A DNA stretch of 62,994 nucleotides, counting the filler, from Hyphochytrium catenoides (Eukaryota > Protista > Hyphochytriomycota), in assembly GCA_900088475.1 (NCBI GenBank). It is 12 parts of 12 records of this genome, joined end to end, with 100 filler letters (N's around TTAATTAATTAA, not from the genome) between each part and the next. Parts side by side here need not be neighbours in the genome. Positions count along the whole stretch, not along the records: positions 60,416 to 61,415 come from FLMG01004284.1; positions 61,516 to 62,994 come from FLMG01001653.1; 10 more parts are not named here. One strand, 5' to 3'. The notes under the pieces are model-generated. The model was not told where the DNA came from. It did not search any database and saw nothing but the letters and a program-made list of their open reading frames with translations. This document shows positions 61,306 through 62,994 of the stretch, piece by piece. A program made the translations under genes and the position numbers. Position 1 is the stretch's first letter; each line of letters begins with the position of its first letter.

Positions 61306-61562
61306 TAAGAAAGGGTAAGAAGCGACGTGAGGGCTCCAGCAATGGAATCGCCGCTAGCAGGTTGATGAAAGGAGGAGCTGATGATGAGGATAGATAGCCC
61401 TTATCTGAAGTAGAANNNNNNNNNNNNNNNNNNNNNNNNNNNNNNNNNNNNNNNNNNNNTTAATTAATTAANNNNNNNNNNNNNNNNNNNNNNNNNNNNN
61501 NNNNNNNNNNNNNNNGACCATTGGCACGGTGGATGCTAAGCATCGCACCGCTCATATAAGTA

Positions 61563-62649
61563 GGCCCTAACCCGCTGCCCTAACCCTTAAACTGCTGCTA
61601 ACCCTAACCCTAACCCACTTCCCTAACCCTACTTCGCTGCCTTAAACCGCTGCCTTTAATTGCTGCCGTAAATTGCTGCAATAAATCACTGCCCTAAACC
61701 ACTGCTCTAAATCTAACCGTTAACCTCCTGCCCTCAATCTAACCCTCTGCCGTTCTCCTTATCGCTGCTTTCTTTCTGCTATTAAACTGCTTTCCTCTCT
61801 CGCAGCGGTTAAGCTTTTTTTTTCATCCCGCAGCGGTTGTCCTTCGCTAACCCGCAACCTTTTATAACCCTCGGTGATCAGCGGTTAAGCTGTTTTTTAA
61901 TCCAGTAGCGGTTGCCTTCACTAATCCGACACGCTGCCTATCTAACCGTAACCCGCTGCCTATCCTAAACCGCTCCCTATCTTATACCATCCCCGCTGCC
62001 CCATCCGAAATCCGCTGCCTTATCTAATTAAGCCCCATCCCAAATCCGCTGCCTTATCCAATTACACGCTACCCTTTCTTAACCGCTGCCTAACCCACTG
62101 CCCTAATCTGCTGCCTATCCCACCCTAATCCGCTGCCTATCCCTAACCCGATCCCTATCTTAAACTAATCCGCTGCCCCTTCCCAAATCCGCTGCCTGAT
62201 CCCTAACCCGCTACCCTTTCTTACCCGCTGCATAACCTGCTGCCCTAACGCGCTGCCCTAACCCGCAGCCATTACCTCTGCCTACCCAACCGTAACCCGC
62301 TGCGTGTCCCTAACCCGCTACGTATCTTATACTATCCCGCTGCCCCATCCCAAATCCGCTACCTTATCCAATTACACGCTACCCTTTCTTACCTGCTGTC
62401 CGCTGCCCCTTCCCAAATCCGCTGCCTTATCTTGAACCCGCTACCCTGCCTTACCCGCTTCCTAACCCGCTGCCCTAATCCGCTGCCTATCCCTAACCCG
62501 CTCCCTATCTTAAAGTAATCCGCTGCCTATCCCTAACCCGCTCCCTATCTCAAAGTAATCCGGTGCCCCATCCCTCGGCCTTATCCCTAACCCACTGGCC
62601 CATCCCAAATCCGCTGCCTTAACCGTTACCCTTCCTTACCCGCTTCCTA
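61563..62649 (+). repeat. Telomere-like degenerate satellite built from CCCTAA and CCGCTG modules (e.g. CCCTAACCCGCTG)
   Basis: Dozens of CCCTAACCC / CCGCTGCC units, with longer recurring blocks (cccatcccaaatccgct.ccttatccaattacacgctaccctttctt twice). Confidence 0.9.
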
Positions 62650-62780
62650 NNNNNNNNNNNNNNNNNNNNNNNNNNNNNNNNNNNNNNNNNNNNNNNNNNN
62701 NNNNNNNNNNNNNNNNNNCTGCTCTTATTTTTATCCGATGCTACTGGCTGCCGTGTGCCCTCCCTTTCTTCTTCCTTCTT

Positions 62781-62994
62781 GAGTTTATCTCTCTTTCTCT
62801 CTAGCACCAACTGCCCTCCTCAGTATTTATCATAACTTGAAAATGCTTTTTTATTAGCAACTACTCTCCCATACTCTTTTCTAACCTTTCAAATGCCCAC
62901 TCATTTTCACGCTCCTAACTCTTCTACCCCAACTTGAATCATTGGGATCGACTTATTTACACTGTTTTATATGTAGCTTTAGAGAGAGAACAAA
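62781..62994 (+). repeat. Dispersed ~215-bp repeat, copy 2 (runs off the window end)
   Basis: Near-identical to 819-1034. Confidence 0.95.

Noticed and set aside
30176-61515. Recurring palindromic TTAATTAATTAA motif as a biological repeat or CRISPR-like array
   Set aside because: Always centred in exactly 44+44 N with stops in all frames: an artificial concatenation linker.

Overview
Eukaryotic nuclear DNA, most likely from a stramenopile. The EF-1alpha lacks the opisthokont-specific insertion and reads [12 protein letters not shown] / [17 protein letters not shown]. The window is not one contiguous locus: eleven artificial 100-bp spacers (N44-TTAATTAATTAA-N44) join twelve unrelated contigs, so gene neighbourhood only has meaning within a contig. 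Contig 1 (1-30175) holds a degenerate tRNA-like element, a Copia remnant (RNase H + PPT + 3' LTR), a disrupted subtilisin whose catalytic His is replaced by Tyr, an intronless fungal-type UV-damage endonuclease, 8-exon LST8, a PH-domain gene, EF-1alpha and an ankyrin-FYVE-coiled-coil gene. Later contigs carry a C2-like exon, an MDR oxidoreductase, a Yvh1-type zinc-binding domain fused to a SnoaL/NTF2-like domain, an EF-hand calcium sensor, a PAM2-motif protein, a bacterial-type trypsin-like protease, a membrane protein, a HAD-IIA phosphatase, EHD1, a Copia gag pseudogene and a telomere-like satellite. The best novelty candidates are the Yvh1-ZBD/SnoaL fusion, several HGT candidates, a telomere-associated repeat and a possible C-to-T (RIP/methylation-like) mutational signature. 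No multi-gene novel system could be demonstrated. All family assignments come from motif recognition by eye, not database searches.
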